Assembly: GCA_951406725.2 (NCBI GenBank)
Contig: OX597819.1
Span: 23,064,001 to 23,128,000, forward strand
Reading direction: 5' to 3'
From: Octopus vulgaris
Taxonomy: Eukaryota
Length of the DNA stretch: 64,000 nucleotides
This document shows, piece after piece, positions 1 to 13,471 of this stretch. The notes under the pieces were generated by a model. It saw only the letters and a program-made list of their open reading frames with translations. It had not been told where the DNA came from and searched no databases. Numbering within the stretch: position 1 is the first letter of the stretch; the number at the start of each line of letters is the position of its first letter. The translations under genes and the position numbers were made by a program.

Positions 1-828
1 GCAGCACATCCCAGCCTTTGAGCTGGCTTGTGCTCATTACCCTTTGCTATCATGAAGCTCTTTTACAGCTGGGTTTTCTACATGGAGTATACCTTTGCTT
101 ACCCCCAACCTCAGGTTTTACACATTTTTACACCACGTTTTTTAAGAAATGTAGTGGAAAACTAGCTCATGAAGGCAAGGACGCTACTCCCTGAGTCCCC
201 TTTCGGATCCCCCAATTCATATATGAGTAACAAAAATGTACAAGTGTCAATTCAATTCCCACAATTGCAAGCGGCTTTAAATGATTAATGAAAACATTAC
301 ACAAATTCGAGAGCAGTCGTTCTCGTCACATGACCGCATAAACTTCAAACTTCAAACAAATGTCTTATCTGTTTCTGTCTCAGTATACATTCGGTAGCTT
401 TTTTCCAGTAGCTTAATAACAGCACTGACGCCTCCAAGATTGAGTGGTTTCAATGATCATGACGCGAAACTACTATGATATTTTGGCTCGTTGACTAGAG
501 AGGAAAACTCAGCTGCGAATATAACGTGTATCGTGTTTTCTTCTAATTTGCCGTCTGCTCTGCCTTCGTCTAACTTTTTTCTCCTTGTGTTCTGTCTGTT
601 CAATCCTTGACACATCCACGTAGCGCAAAGCACACGTTGTTTGTTTAGTTTATTATAAGAATTATTCCTTGAATATTTATCGTGCGTCTCTTAATTCTCT
701 TTACTCTTACGCTATCTATTTCCACCTCTATTCTTACTGTATCTCTTTCTCCACTTTTACTCTCTCTCTCTCTCTTTCCGCCTTTGCTTCCCACCCTGGT
801 ACATTTCTCTCAGTTCCCTCTCTTTCTG

Positions 829-898
829 GCCAGATAACTGAAGAGATGGTGGTGTGGGTTTCCACCTCGGCATCCGAAGTTCAAAGTTTTATCTTGGC
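829..898 (+). ncRNA. Degenerate type-I hammerhead ribozyme motif
   Basis: Stem I GCCAGATAA/TTATCTTGGC, core CTGAAGA (838-844), stem II GATG...CATC, but GAAG instead of GAAA and an imperfect stem III. Confidence 0.55.
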
Positions 899-938
899 TA
901 GCGAATAATTGTCACATATTATATTTACATATATATGC

Positions 939-1138
<200 letters not shown>

Positions 1139-1530
1139 CCGCGTGTGTGAAATGTTTATCCTCCCCGGACCCTAATTCTCTTTTACCATCTGGTGATGCA
1201 GCGCAGTCGAGAAACTTCTTTTACCAAACAACTATAACTCTCTGCGCATGCGATCAGACATTAAAATATCTGAAATATCGGGAATCAGATCTTGTTAGCT
1301 ACATTAAACATTAGAAGGTAATGTTTTAGGATTTTCTTCCGTATTGATTTCCTGTCATATGCAATGATCCAGCCAGGTCCACATCTATCTGGTTTTGTGA
1401 TATCTCTCCTCGAGGAAGTGAATCAACAAGCTTGTAATATAACACTCGTCGTCTATTCTACATGCACCACCTTATAATCTATACGCATATATGCAGACAC
1501 TGAGACGCATCTACGCAGGTGCGTCAACGA

Positions 1531-1534
<4 letters not shown>

Positions 1535-1595
<61 letters not shown>

Positions 1596-1630
1596 TTATG
1601 CATGTATCTATGTGAATATATAAAAACATA

Positions 1631-1681
<51 letters not shown>

Positions 1682-1853
1682 GAATTTATATATGTGTGTG
1701 TGCACGCGCACGTGTGTGTACATAAGTAGATATATATATATATCATATACTGAGATCTATATAATCGATATGATTACATATTTACACTCCCCAGTCTCTC
1801 ACACTCACAATCAATTTATGTTTGCATACACACACACGTAAACATCACACACG

Positions 1854-1884
<31 letters not shown>

Positions 1885-2065
1885 CTATATATATATATAT
1901 ATATGTATGTATATATATATGTATAGATACACATATACATCTGATTGTGTCTACCTGCATTTGTGTGTGTGCGCGCGCATTTGTCTGTGCGTGTGTGTGT
2001 GTTTGTGCGTGTGTGCATTTGTGAGTGTGTGTGTGTGTTTGTGCGTGCGTACGAGCGTGCGTGTG
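1535..2065. repeat. Compound (TA)n/(TG)n microsatellite region
   Basis: Direct inspection. Confidence 0.9.
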
Positions 2066-2569
2066 TCTATCTATCAACCTATTTATTAATTTACCTGCTC
2101 TAAATATCACTTTCGCCTTTGCAAACACGTGTGCGCGCGATATTTTCGATATTGAACACTTTTCCATATAACGATCGCCCGCTCTGTTCGACTTTAAGTC
2201 TACGGTAAGAGAAAAAGGTTATATATATACACTGTGCTGTACAGGAAGTCAGCGTGTATGCATTTATAGAACATTTATGGTGCAGCAAACATTTGTTGGT
2301 GTTAAATGAACACGATTAATCGTACTGAAGATTTAAAATAACAGTCGGGAAATAGCATATAAATTCGCTAAATATATAGATTTACATATGGTGCTATTCG
2401 GTTAAAGCTTGTGTCAAAGTGAGGTGAGATCCACCGGAGATTCTGTATACATATATTTGTAAGGGCAGGCAGAGACGCGCAGAGATGCACACCTATAAAC
2501 GGAGAGGCACCAGCACAAAGAGGAAATGCATATCAGAAATATTTCGGCGCGTGAACACACACACCCTAC

Positions 2570-3130
2570 TTATATATGTGCGAGTGTATGTATATATCTG
2601 TATGCGTGCGTGTGTGTATGTGTGTTGTGTGGGTGTGTGTTGTGTGGGTGTGTGTTGTGTGGGTATGCGTTGTGTGGGTGTGTGTTGTGTGGGTGTGTGT
2701 TGTGTGGGTGTGTGTTGTGTGGGTGTGTGCACGTGTGTGTGTGTACGTATATGTGTTCATGTATAAATATATAAGAATATATATACATGTATGTATAAAT
2801 ATATACATATATATATGTATACATATGTATATTTATATATGTACAAATGTATATTTATATATACGCATAAGTATATATGTGTATATACATATATATATAT
2901 ATATATATATACACACTTATGTATGTACCTACGGGTGTATATGTGTGTACGGTAGGCAGGTAGATAGGTAGGTAGGTGGATGGATGGGTAGACAGACAGA
3001 CAGATAGATACGTAATATGAACAACAGATGGATACGTAATCAGAGATATATATGTATGTATGCATGTTGTGTTTATGTATGCATGCTGTATATATGTATG
3101 TATGTAGGTAGGTAGGTAGGTAGGTAGGTA
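2570..3130. repeat. Compound simple repeats including a 15-bp unit GTGTGTTGTGTGGGT (~2620-2729), TA-rich and TAGG runs
   Basis: About 7 copies of the 15-mer, then low-complexity TA/TATG/TAGG. Confidence 0.9.
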
Positions 3131-3556
3131 TATGCGTTGTTTTCACTAACTGGACATTTGTTTCGCTTCAAATCACCAAAACTGGTCGGAGCACTATTGC
3201 ATGCTGACTAATCACGGCAACATATATATATTGCCTATTGTTGCCTGTCCGTCTTATCTTGATCGGGCAATGACCACATTCATCCCGGTCAGTAAGTTTC
3301 ACCTGTATCCCCCATACAACCAGAACCCAATACATCAATATCTCTACCATCTCCCTAAGTACTCTGCACCGTTACAGGCAAAGAACTTTATGAATAATTT
3401 GATTGGGTTACCTTCCGGTATTCGGTTACAATCATTGTTTCTGGTCTCCTTCGTTATTTATGTTTCTATCATCCTTAAAAATCTTTCTGTTAATCTATGA
3501 ATCCGGCGACTTTCAGCCTGTGCTGATAATTTATCGTTAATCATTGTCCTATTTTT

Positions 3557-3658
<102 letters not shown>

Positions 3659-3774
3659 TTGCATTTAGGAATGGTCACTTTGCCAGTTTAGCCAATGAAA
3701 ACACACGCACTATATATTTGGTGTTACTTTGCTTCAGCGTTATTTACTTTTTACATTAATCTTAATCTTATTTC

Positions 3775-3819
3775 GGCCAGAGTTCTTTCGTCACACTCCT
3801 GTGACCTCACCAGTGGTCC
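3775..3819 (-). ncRNA. Minimal hammerhead ribozyme motif of the PLE 3' pLTR (core A6G)
   Basis: Minus strand: GGACCA-CTGGTGA-G-GTCACA-GGAG-TGTGAC-GAAA-GAAC-TC-TGGCC. Confidence 0.65.
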
Positions 3820-4199
3820 TTTGCTTTCTTCTTTCTTATTTTTGTGTCTCTCCTTACTAACGGTCAGCCATTTTGTATTTTGTATTCCTATTCTATGGAT
3901 CTTCATTTGCGCATGCGTATACCTCTATGTGTGTCTATGTTAGTTAGTGTGTGTGGGGGGAAGTGCCTGTAATATTTGTATCTCCTGTTTATATACGTTC
4001 GTGTAATTTGTTTTTGTTTTTGTTTATTTTTATTTTGTTCATGTGTTTACACCTACTTATTTTTCTATTATTATTTTTTTAATGTATATAGTTATTTACT
4101 TCCATTTGTTTATTTATCTATGTATTTTATTATGTTTTTAGTTTTGTTTATATTGTTACCAGTTTATAGGGATATTCTTCTGTCATATGCCGTGGTGTG

Positions 4200-5070
4200 T
4201 GCTAGTGTTCCATTCCAGTTTCCTATTCAGGCTAGGTTTATCTTCTATAATGTGTGTAGCTTCCGTAATTTGTCTGATTGTTGCGTCTGTTCCATGTGTG
4301 TACAAGATTTTATCTTCTATGTTGTTGATTGAGCCCCCGTGTTCCTGCTCGGCGTGTTGGTACAGAAACAATGAGCTCTTTTCTTCCTTAAGTTATCTCC
4401 AATGACCATTTACCCGCCCTCCTATGCTCCGCGCCGTTTCCCCTAGGTATGTTGTTGTTTTGTTACTGCATCGTTCCTCTATACATCTTATACTACAGAC
4501 TACATTTCTGGCTTTACAGTTTGCGGGCTAAATCTACATACAGTACAGTTCCTATCCGTACAGTGGGTTCTACTAATCGGGTAGGTTCTACCGATTAAGG
4601 ATTTGATTGGGTTGCCTGGCCTTTCAACAACCTTAATCCTTAGCTTAAGTTTGTCTAGGGCCCTTCTAAAGCGGTACGCCAGTTTGCCTCTATGGGTTGT
4701 GTCGACGAACATGACACTTTGGTATTTGTGGCTATCATACCAAGAGTTGGCCTTCCCTATTTTCTTCTTAGTCCTTTCAAAAGTGTTCCATGACTTGCTC
4801 CTATAGAGTGGGCAAATCCCATTCCTATCATTACATAAGATAGTATCAAATTTCTTCATGGCTCTGATCCTTTCTTTATGGCTGTAACCTGAGAACTGCA
4901 TACGGTGAACAAAATGTTGTATGTGTCTCTTTAACTCTGTAGGCTCGCACATGCGGGACACATTTCGCATTATTCTGACGAGGTCTGCCATCGAAATATT
5001 GAGTTTGGCATTGCCCGCGATAGCTGAGTTCCGATAGATCAAGTATTTGGAGACCATAGGTTTGGCATAG
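4200..5070 (-). pseudogene. PLE RT/GIY-YIG ORF remnant (frameshift near 4500, internal stop)
   Basis: ORF track 4500..5057 and 4183..4371 joined through the intervening frame carrying YLGETARS. Confidence 0.8.
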
Positions 5071-5075
5071 TTTGG

Positions 5076-5254
5076 AATATAAAGATCAAGAATTAATTCT
5101 TGATCTTTATATTCTCATCTGTCTTACCCGCTTATGTTCTGGTGTTTGCTGAATTTCTCTGGAGAACATTATTTTCTTTGTAGTTAGATCGTATGTGATC
5201 TTCTAGCATATTGTTTATCCACCTAGTGGTTATCCCTAAATATACATACATACA

Positions 5255-5339
<85 letters not shown>

Positions 5340-5675
5340 ATAGAATAGAAGGTGTGTACTGATGCAGCTGCGACTGTGTCTGAAGACAAAAAAAATGACT
5401 GGATGCTTAAACTTATCTGCAAATATGAAAGTTCAAAAAATTGTCCACAGTATCAGAAGAAGCAAAGACGTATGTGCAGGAATTAAAGATCAACGGTCCT
5501 GAGATGCCACTCGATGAATTAATTCTTCATCACTATATTTTCATCTGCCTTGCCCGCTTATGTTCTGGTGTTTGCTGAATTTCTCTGGAGAACATTCTTT
5601 TCTTTGTAGTTAGATAGTATGTGATCTTCTTCTAGCATGGTTATTCACCTAGTGGTTATCTATAAATATACACAT
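5076..5675. repeat. 38-bp perfect palindrome (5076-5113) plus ~160-bp direct repeats (5090-5250, 5516-5675) around a microsatellite
   Basis: AATATAAAGATCAAGAATT/AATTCTTGATCTTTATATT; repeats share CCCGCTTATGTTCTGGTGTTTGCTGAATTTCTCTGGAGAACATT. Confidence 0.85.
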
Positions 5676-5797
5676 GTTTTTTCTGATTTTTCAGATATTT
5701 TTATATATGCTAGGCTACTGCTTTTAAATTGATATTGATTAAATTAATATTCAATTTATCTCCCTCGTTATCTAAATTTTAATATATATATGTATAC

Positions 5798-6281
<484 letters not shown>

Positions 6282-6584
6282 GTGGAGGCGCAATGGCCTA
6301 GTGGTTAGGGCAGCGGACTCGCGGTCGTAGGATCGCGGTTTCGATTCCCAGACCGGGCGTTGTGAGTGTTTATTGAGCGAAAACACCTAAAACAGCTCCA
6401 CGCGGCTCCGGCAGGGCGTGGTGATCCCTGCTGTACTCTTTCACCACTCTTTCTCTTAATCTTTCTTCTGTTGGCCTGCTCGCTTAGCCAGTGGGGTGGC
6501 GTCATTCGAAGGCTAAAACAATGCGAACGCATTGTGACCAGCGATGTGTAGCAACATCTGATGGTCTGGTCGGTCACGTGATCA
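6282..6584 (+). mobile_element. tRNA-derived SINE, family A (tail type 1)
   Basis: Head GTGGAGGCGCAATGGCCTAGTGGTTAGGGCAGCGGACTCGCGG...GGTTTCGATTCCC shared with copies at 10371, 12094, 33950 and 60115. Confidence 0.9.
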
Positions 6585-6611
6585 ACTGATATATGTATAT
6601 ATATATAATCA

Positions 6612-6900
6612 TTAACAGGTCGGACGAAATGCTTAGTGGCACTTCTTCCAGCTCTTTACATTCTGAGTTCAAACCCCGCTGCATTCAACTTTGCCTTTCG
6701 TTCATTTGGAGTCGATGAAATAAAGTACCAGTGAAATATTGGTTTCAATGTAATCGTCTTCACTTCACTCCTCAACATTACTGGCCTTGAACTTTGCAAC
6801 AGATCGATGTCCTACCAGGGGGAAAATGTTGTGATCTCGGACACTTATATATAATGGAAACCGATTAACCGGCCTTATGTGATCTAGTACTCAAGAAAAA
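6612..6900 (+). mobile_element. Decayed SINE fragments (family B-like)
   Basis: GAAATGCTTAG...TTCTGAGTTCAAAC...CTTTGCCTTTCG...GTCGATGAAATAAAGTACC. Confidence 0.65.
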
Positions 6901-7246
6901 TAAAGAAAACAAAATGATAAACCTATGGCCGTTTCTATAGTATATACAAGATCCTCTGTATCGGAGCATATAGATACAGTTTGTACTGATCGTAAATTCA
7001 ATTATCACTGACTAGATATAAAAAGGGGGAAAATGACAAGAAATTATTTACAAACTGAAGCATTATGTGGACAGAGGATCGTAGGGGATGAGATAAAGTA
7101 GAGAGATGTCGAGCAGAGAACTTCAGAGAATAGATTACTGTAGGGTTTCATAAATTACTAGATTCAGAAGACTGGTAAAAATGATTTGAGTCTCTCCTGT
7201 ATTTGTGTGAATTCACAGGTGAATAATTTCATGTGAATGAACGAGC

Positions 7247-7291
<45 letters not shown>

Positions 7292-9671
7292 AGTGTGTGT
7301 GAACAAGTATTTGTTCGTGTGTGTATGTGAGGACGAGAGACTGACAGAGAGAGGCAGATAGAGAGGTAGGGAGAGACAGAGAGGATTGCAATAATAAGAC
7401 TATTTTTATTTTATGCGGATTTGAATTATTTTCTGGCTTTAAAGGCGAAGCTTTATCAATGACAGATGTGTCGGCTTTGATCATCTTTGTATGTTAGAAT
7501 CAATATATTCCAGAGGGGAATAACAATGATCTTATTTTCCACTACTACCTCTGCTCTATACTCGCACACCAGAGAAAGAGGGGGGAGAAGGAGAGAGAGA
7601 GAGAGAGAGAGTGAGAGAGAGAGGAAGAGGGAGACAGAGACACAAGGGAGTGAAAGAGGTTGAGAGAATTTACTTCTTAGCATAAAATTTGTATAGAGCA
7701 AAAAGAAAAAAAAGTCGATTTTAGCTACTACAATAGAATACTGAGAATATGTATAAAATATCAATGTAAATTAGCATAATCCCATCGCAGAGTAGATAAA
7801 ATATTGAAACAGTGTCTTCCGCTATGGTGCTTCCTCTCTTTTTATGACGGTTGTTATCAGATATTCAGGCATGGAGGAGATACTTTAGCGATATTCTTGC
7901 CTTTGCGGCTCTGCTATATTGCAGGAAATCATATCGACGAAACCTCTCACAGAGACCTTATATTCCTAGCTAAATGCGTTTAGCCAAAGTATTTTGTATC
8001 ATTTAAAACTACGGAACGTTAACCCAGTTGTCATTACACAAACAAACAAGCATTATACACTTAAGAGATACTCTTTAGGTACTTACAAATCTGACTATTC
8101 CAGAGCAGGATTTTGGTATACGGGAAACTGTAGTCATATTTCGGCAGTGGATTGTGTAGAAGTTTTATTCTTTAAAACAGTTCTTTTCTATGAGTTATCA
8201 ATAAACTTTTACATTTCCTGATAATATGTTGTAAATCGATAAATAGCAAATTAGTTTGGGCTGACATTTCGAAAGAAATATTTCGCCACCATTTTGATTC
8301 TGAAAGTAGATGGTGAAAACACAGAAGAGACTTTGATAAATAGACGACATAGAGATAATATAAGTACATACACACACAAAGAAGTTATTTACAGTCTTGA
8401 TTTACAAATAGTTATTATCTGAATTAATCCCCCCAAAATGAACGTTTCGTACTAGAAACGAAAAGAAAATGCAGTTAACTAATGTAAATATATAGCTTTT
8501 GTTGTCGATAATAATAATGATGTTTATGATGATAAAATTGATGTTGATGAGCAAGCAGAAAGGAGGAGAAAAAAGACAAAAAGAGAAAGAAGATAAAGAA
8601 GAAATTAAAAGGATTCTCGTAGTGACTTAAGTAGAGATAAGGTTAATAGGGTAATACAAATATTGCTGGTGATTGTCATTTGTATTTAAAATATATGACA
8701 GAAGATTTGATGCAGCCACTCACCGTTCCTGAACCAATTAGTTATACTAATATCTAGCTTTATAGAAATAGGGAAAGTGTTAAAAGAACTTTGAACTTGT
8801 GGCCCCCATATTGTTCTTCTTTCTGCCCCTGCCACCATTCTTTTTATGTTTCCGAGATATTTCTAAGTATTTCGAAACGTGATAATTTTAAACCTTCGGA
8901 GATCAAACATTGTAGATGTGATTTGTCCTCGTAACCCCGATGATAAGCTGTTACTTCTCTTCCTTGGAACTTATTATTAGAGTCATTTGAACTTATTATT
9001 AGAGTCATGTTCTTGATGCAAATAATAATCATTTCCAAAAATAGCGGCAAGGTCACACATTCTAGAGGAACGGAATAGTCAGTTGATTCGATTAACTGAC
9101 TGTTGCTTATTTTAACGACCCTAGAAAAGTGAAAGATAATTTTTTGACTCCAACGATATTTGAAGCCAGAACATAAAGGAACCTAACTAAATGCATCAAT
9201 GTGTTTGCCCAGCCGCTCTCCACATTCTGATCGCCTTCTAGTGGTACGCGTATTAAAAGGTGTGCAACGTATGCATGTATGTTTTTATATATTTATGTAT
9301 GCATGTATGTATGATTTAATGCACACAGCGGGAAAATACGAGCTTTTGATTAGTTTCTTACTATGAAGACACAAGGCGTGTTACAAAAACCTGTCTAGAC
9401 TCGTTCTCTAGAGCAGAAACTATTAGTGGCTCGCATCTTTATATTGTATACATTAAAAAATATTTATCTTTCAGTGGATGGAATAATTTTTTTAAGTGTG
9501 AATGGATGGATGCATGAATGGAGTAAGTATTCATGGATAACATTTTACTAGGGAACTTGCCAAAATATTTGTGCAAACGAGCACAATTATCGGTAACTCT
9601 TCCACTAAACAGAATACATTATTTACATTATTTACATTTAATGGATATTTGTCCTCATCTTCTTTGTTGTT

Positions 9672-9717
9672 AACACAACGCTTCGGTTGATACACCCTAC
9701 AGCCTTCATCAGGTTTC
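9672..9717 (-). ncRNA. Hammerhead motif, degenerate copy
   Basis: Minus strand: GAAAC-CTGATGA-A-GGCTG...CAACC-GAAG-C-GTT-GTGTT. Confidence 0.65.
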
Positions 9718-9775
9718 TTGGGGAAATTTCGAACCTGGGTTCTCCTTCCTAAGGTATATTTCGATGTTGTTGTTG

Positions 9776-9837
<62 letters not shown>

Positions 9838-9945
9838 GTTATTAGTGTTATTATTATTATTGTTATTATTCAAGTCACTGCCTGGAATTGAACTCGGAAT
9901 CTTGGGGGTAGTAGCCCACGCTCTTAATCACTAGGCCATATGCCC

Positions 9946-10027
<82 letters not shown>

Positions 10028-10074
10028 TCGAAAAATACCTTAGGAATGAGAACCCAGGTTCAAAGTTTCCCCAA

Positions 10075-10120
10075 GACACCTGAAGAAGGCTGGAGGGTAT
10101 ATCAGCCGAAACGTTGTGTT
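10075..10120 (+). ncRNA. Minimal type-I hammerhead ribozyme, intact core
   Basis: GACAC-CTGAAGA-A-GGCTG-GAGGGTATAT-CAGCC-GAAA-C-GTT-GTGTT; palindromic ACGT in place of stem III. Confidence 0.8.
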
Positions 10121-10370
10121 AACAACAATCAAGATGAGGACAAATATCCGTCAAATGTAAATAATGTAAATAATGTACATAATTCTTCATCTCTTAAATA
10201 TAGAACTGTAGGACAATACAATTATGAACAGAACACTACCGAACCTTCTTCTGCTGTATATGGAATAGGGTAAGCAAGAATTGCATAAATACATATTAAC
10301 ATCAATTTCACACCAGTGGTCCAGCATATAAAAAAAAACTGAAGGTTCAGTAAAATTGTATTATATACAT

Positions 10371-10737
10371 GGAAGCACTCCGTCGGTTACGACGACGAGG
10401 GTTCCGGTTGATCCGAATCAACGGAACAGCCTGCTCGTGAAATTAACGTGCAAGTGGCTGAGCACTCCACAGACACGTGTACCCTTAACGTAGTTCTTGG
10501 GGATATTCAGCGTGACACAGAGAGTGACAAGGCCGGCTCTTTGAAATACAGGTACAACAGAAACAGGAAGTAAGAGTGAGAGAAAGTTGTGGCGAAAGAG
10601 TACAGAGGGATCACCACCATCCCCTGCCGGAGCCTCGTGGAGCTTTAGGTGTTTTCGCCCAATAAACACTCACAACGCCCGGTCTGGGAATCGAAACCGC
10701 GAGTCCGCTGCCCTAACCACTGGGCCATTGCGCCTCC
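10371..10737 (-). mobile_element. tRNA-derived SINE, family A (tail type 2), with TSD
   Basis: Reverse complement of the 33950 copy; TSD ATTATATACAT at 10360-10370 and 10738-10748. Confidence 0.92.
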
Positions 10738-11024
10738 ATTATATACATATGAGAGGGATAAATAGTTTTTTAACATGTCACGAGCGTGCATTAAATAACT
10801 ATTCCTACAATACTTCTCACTCCCTCGTCGAGAAAGATTACTTCCTGCAATACGAGAACACTTCCTCTTAAAGCACACCATCCTGTGTTAATGTTTTTTT
10901 GTTTTTTTTTATTTCCATATATGTCGATTCAGGAATTGTCTGAAATTGTTCTAAGCGTAAAATATAAATTAACCAACACAAACTCATAACTTTATACATA
11001 TGAATCTTTAACATTATGCACATA

Positions 11025-11270
11025 CAGTAGTCCCTCGCCGTATCGCGGTTCATCTATCGCGGTTCATCTATCGCGGTTCATCTATCGCGGTTTCTTATTT
11101 GAGCTTACGTCGATTCCTCCGTGCTGTTGTGTTGCATTAAGGATAAAATAGATATATAGAAATTATAAAAATAATTTTTAAAATATACAGTATTCTTTCT
11201 ACTTCGCAGTTTCCCAACTATCACGTGGGGTTTGGGCACGTAACACTGTCGATAGTCCAGGTATACGTGT
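11025..11270. mobile_element. pogo/Tigger-like MITE remnant with internal 14-bp tandem repeat
   Basis: TA|CAGTAGTCCCTCG terminus, (TATCGCGGTTCATC) about x3.7 at 11041-11092, decayed opposite end CGATAGTCCAGG. Confidence 0.6.
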
Positions 11271-11356
11271 GTGTGTGTGCGTATGTCTGTGTGCATGTGT
11301 GTGTGTGTGTGTGTGTGTATGTGTGTATGTGTATGTGTGTGTATGTGTGTATGTGT

Positions 11357-11438
<82 letters not shown>
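11267..11438. repeat. (TG)n microsatellite
   Basis: Direct inspection. Confidence 0.97.
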
Positions 11439-11439
<1 letters not shown>

Positions 11440-12093
11440 CTGTCTGAATAAAGAGTAGTTGATACCATAGTTGAGATAAATAATATTTACAATTTATTCG
11501 AACCAGTCTCACCCGCTACTCTGAGTTACGCCAGTGGGTGATGAGGTTCTTCTGCCAATTTACCACCCGCAACTTGCCGGAAGAACCTCTATACTCACAC
11601 ATTAAACGCAGGATAGCCACAGACATACCCGACCAATGTGTACAATGTATGTGAAACAACTTGTCTTAGATATATCACTTTAACAGTTTTATCATTGAAA
11701 AATTATGTAAATGGTCAAGCGTAGGATAACTAAATATATTTGATACTTTCTAGAATTTACCCAACAGTTATTGCTTTCAGCTTTAGCTTCGAATAGTAAC
11801 ACGACGAAATATCGATCTAAAATCAATCTGATATTTTGCTTAGTCAGACGGAAAGAAAAGAAGAAAGTTCCCATGACCCTCACTAGCCAACCGAGATGAG
11901 AATATATCGGATGAATTGTATATTAAAGGCTTTAGATTTTATAGAGGCGTTTAGATTTAGTGTCTTAATTGTGGTATGTTATTAACCCATATATGCCCAC
12001 AAAAAAATGAAGTCTTAAAATGTCACTGTATTTAAATTAAACGTTATGGTAAGCTTTCACAATCTGGCATAGAAGGACAGTCTGAAACTTTTA

Positions 12094-12395
12094 GTGGAGG
12101 CACATGGCCTAGTGGTTAGAGCAGCGAACTCGCGGTCGAGGGATCGCAGGTTCGAATCTAAGACCGGGCGATGTGTGTGTTTATGAGCGAAACACCTAAT
12201 CTCCACGCGGCACCGGCAGAAGGCAATGGCGAACTTCTGCTGACTCTTTCGACACAACTTTCTCTCCATCTTTCCTCCTGCATCTTGCAACTCACCTGCA
12301 ATAGGCCGGCTTCCCGTCCAGGTGGGGAAACTCTAAGCCAAGGAAACCGGGAAACCGGCCCTAATGAGCCAGGCGTGGCTCGAGTAGGAACAAAC
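12094..12395 (+). mobile_element. tRNA-derived SINE, family A-related (tail type 3)
   Basis: A box TGGCCTAGTGG, B box GGTTCGAATCT, tail CCCGTCCAGG...GAAACCGGGAAACCGGCCC. Confidence 0.88.
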
Positions 12396-13118
12396 ATGAA
12401 ACTGTGAGGTACAGGTGTTGACTACCTACTGAATGCTTTCGGGTGAGTCCATGTTCAAACAAGTAGAAGCAGGTTTTTGCATTGAGAAAACGCAACCAGT
12501 GGTATATATGGGTTAAACTGTTCAAACAAGGCGGGGAGCTGACAGAATTATTTGCATCCTCTACAAAATGCTTTGCGACTTGTCGCTGTGCGTTCTGAGT
12601 TAAAATTCCACTGAAGTCAACGTTGCTATTCATCATTTTTGCGACAATAATATAATTACCAGTTGAGCAATGCAGTGCTTGTAACCGTCTAGCTCCTTCA
12701 CCCAATATTTCGGGCCTAGTGCCTATTATAGAAAGCTTTATCAAAGGTTCAAATAAAATACCATGCTCCTCTGCCTTATTGTTTGTAGTGGCCTCTGTCG
12801 ATCAATTTTGACCATACATTTGCATGTGTGAGTCTAGTGTCTGGTAAGATGTTTTGATGATGATCGCCTATTCATGAGAGTTTTTTTTTCACTCTGCTGG
12901 TCTTTTGCTTGTTTCAGTCAATGAACTGCAGCCATAACGCGATACCGCTTTCAAGGGTTTTGGTAGAACATATTGACCCCGAAACATTTTCGGCCCTCGA
13001 TTCAGTATGTAACTTCTGCCAGTTATTAATAAAATATTTTGCGTTCTATTTTCCTCTTTGCATCCCCAGACCTCTCTCTCCCTGTACACACGTGCGGGCA
13101 CGCACGCACACATACATA

Positions 13119-13174
13119 GAGTCACTACTGATGAGCTTTAATCTTAAGCGAAACTAGACTAGTATAGTGATCTC
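13119..13174 (+). ncRNA. Canonical type-I hammerhead ribozyme, intact
   Basis: Stem I GAG-TCACTA/TAGTGA-T-CTC, core CTGATGA (13128-13134), stem II GCTT/AAGC, GAAA (13150-13153), stem III ACTA/TAGT, cleavage triplet GTA (13162-13164). Confidence 0.88.
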
Positions 13175-13359
13175 GCTCGCTGTGGAGTGGTTATCTCTCC
13201 TGTCGGTGTATGGAACTGTGCTTCCTTGCATCTCCAAGGGTTTTACTATTCTTATTTCAAGTAATGTAGGCGCTACCTTGTCACAATTAATGACAATTGA
13301 ATATTTCCAGTTTGGCTTTATATTGCGTACAGCAGCCTTCGTTATTTTCTTTGTCATTC

Positions 13360-13471
<112 letters not shown>

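Larger units (their letters stand above)
9615..10210. mobile_element. Inverted-repeat element: tRNA-like head, (AAT)n and hammerhead-bearing tail on the minus strand, with an inverted second tail on the plus strand
   Basis: 9615-9770 is the reverse complement of 10022-10177; tRNA-like segment 9871-9945 (-) has A box TGGCCTAGTGA and B box GAGTTCAATTCC. Confidence 0.85.

Noticed and set aside
3145-3215. Minus-strand GAAGC-GAAACAAAT-GTC resembling the 3' half of a hammerhead
   Set aside because: No recognisable CUGANGA core upstream, so not counted
9871-9945. tRNA gene candidate (also the SINE heads at 6282, 12094, 33950, 60115)
   Set aside because: A and B boxes are present but there is no proper acceptor stem or cloverleaf; these are tRNA-derived repeat heads
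11041-11092. Short regular repeats that might suggest a CRISPR array
   Set aside because: Contiguous 14-bp tandem units without spacers, inside a MITE in eukaryotic DNA
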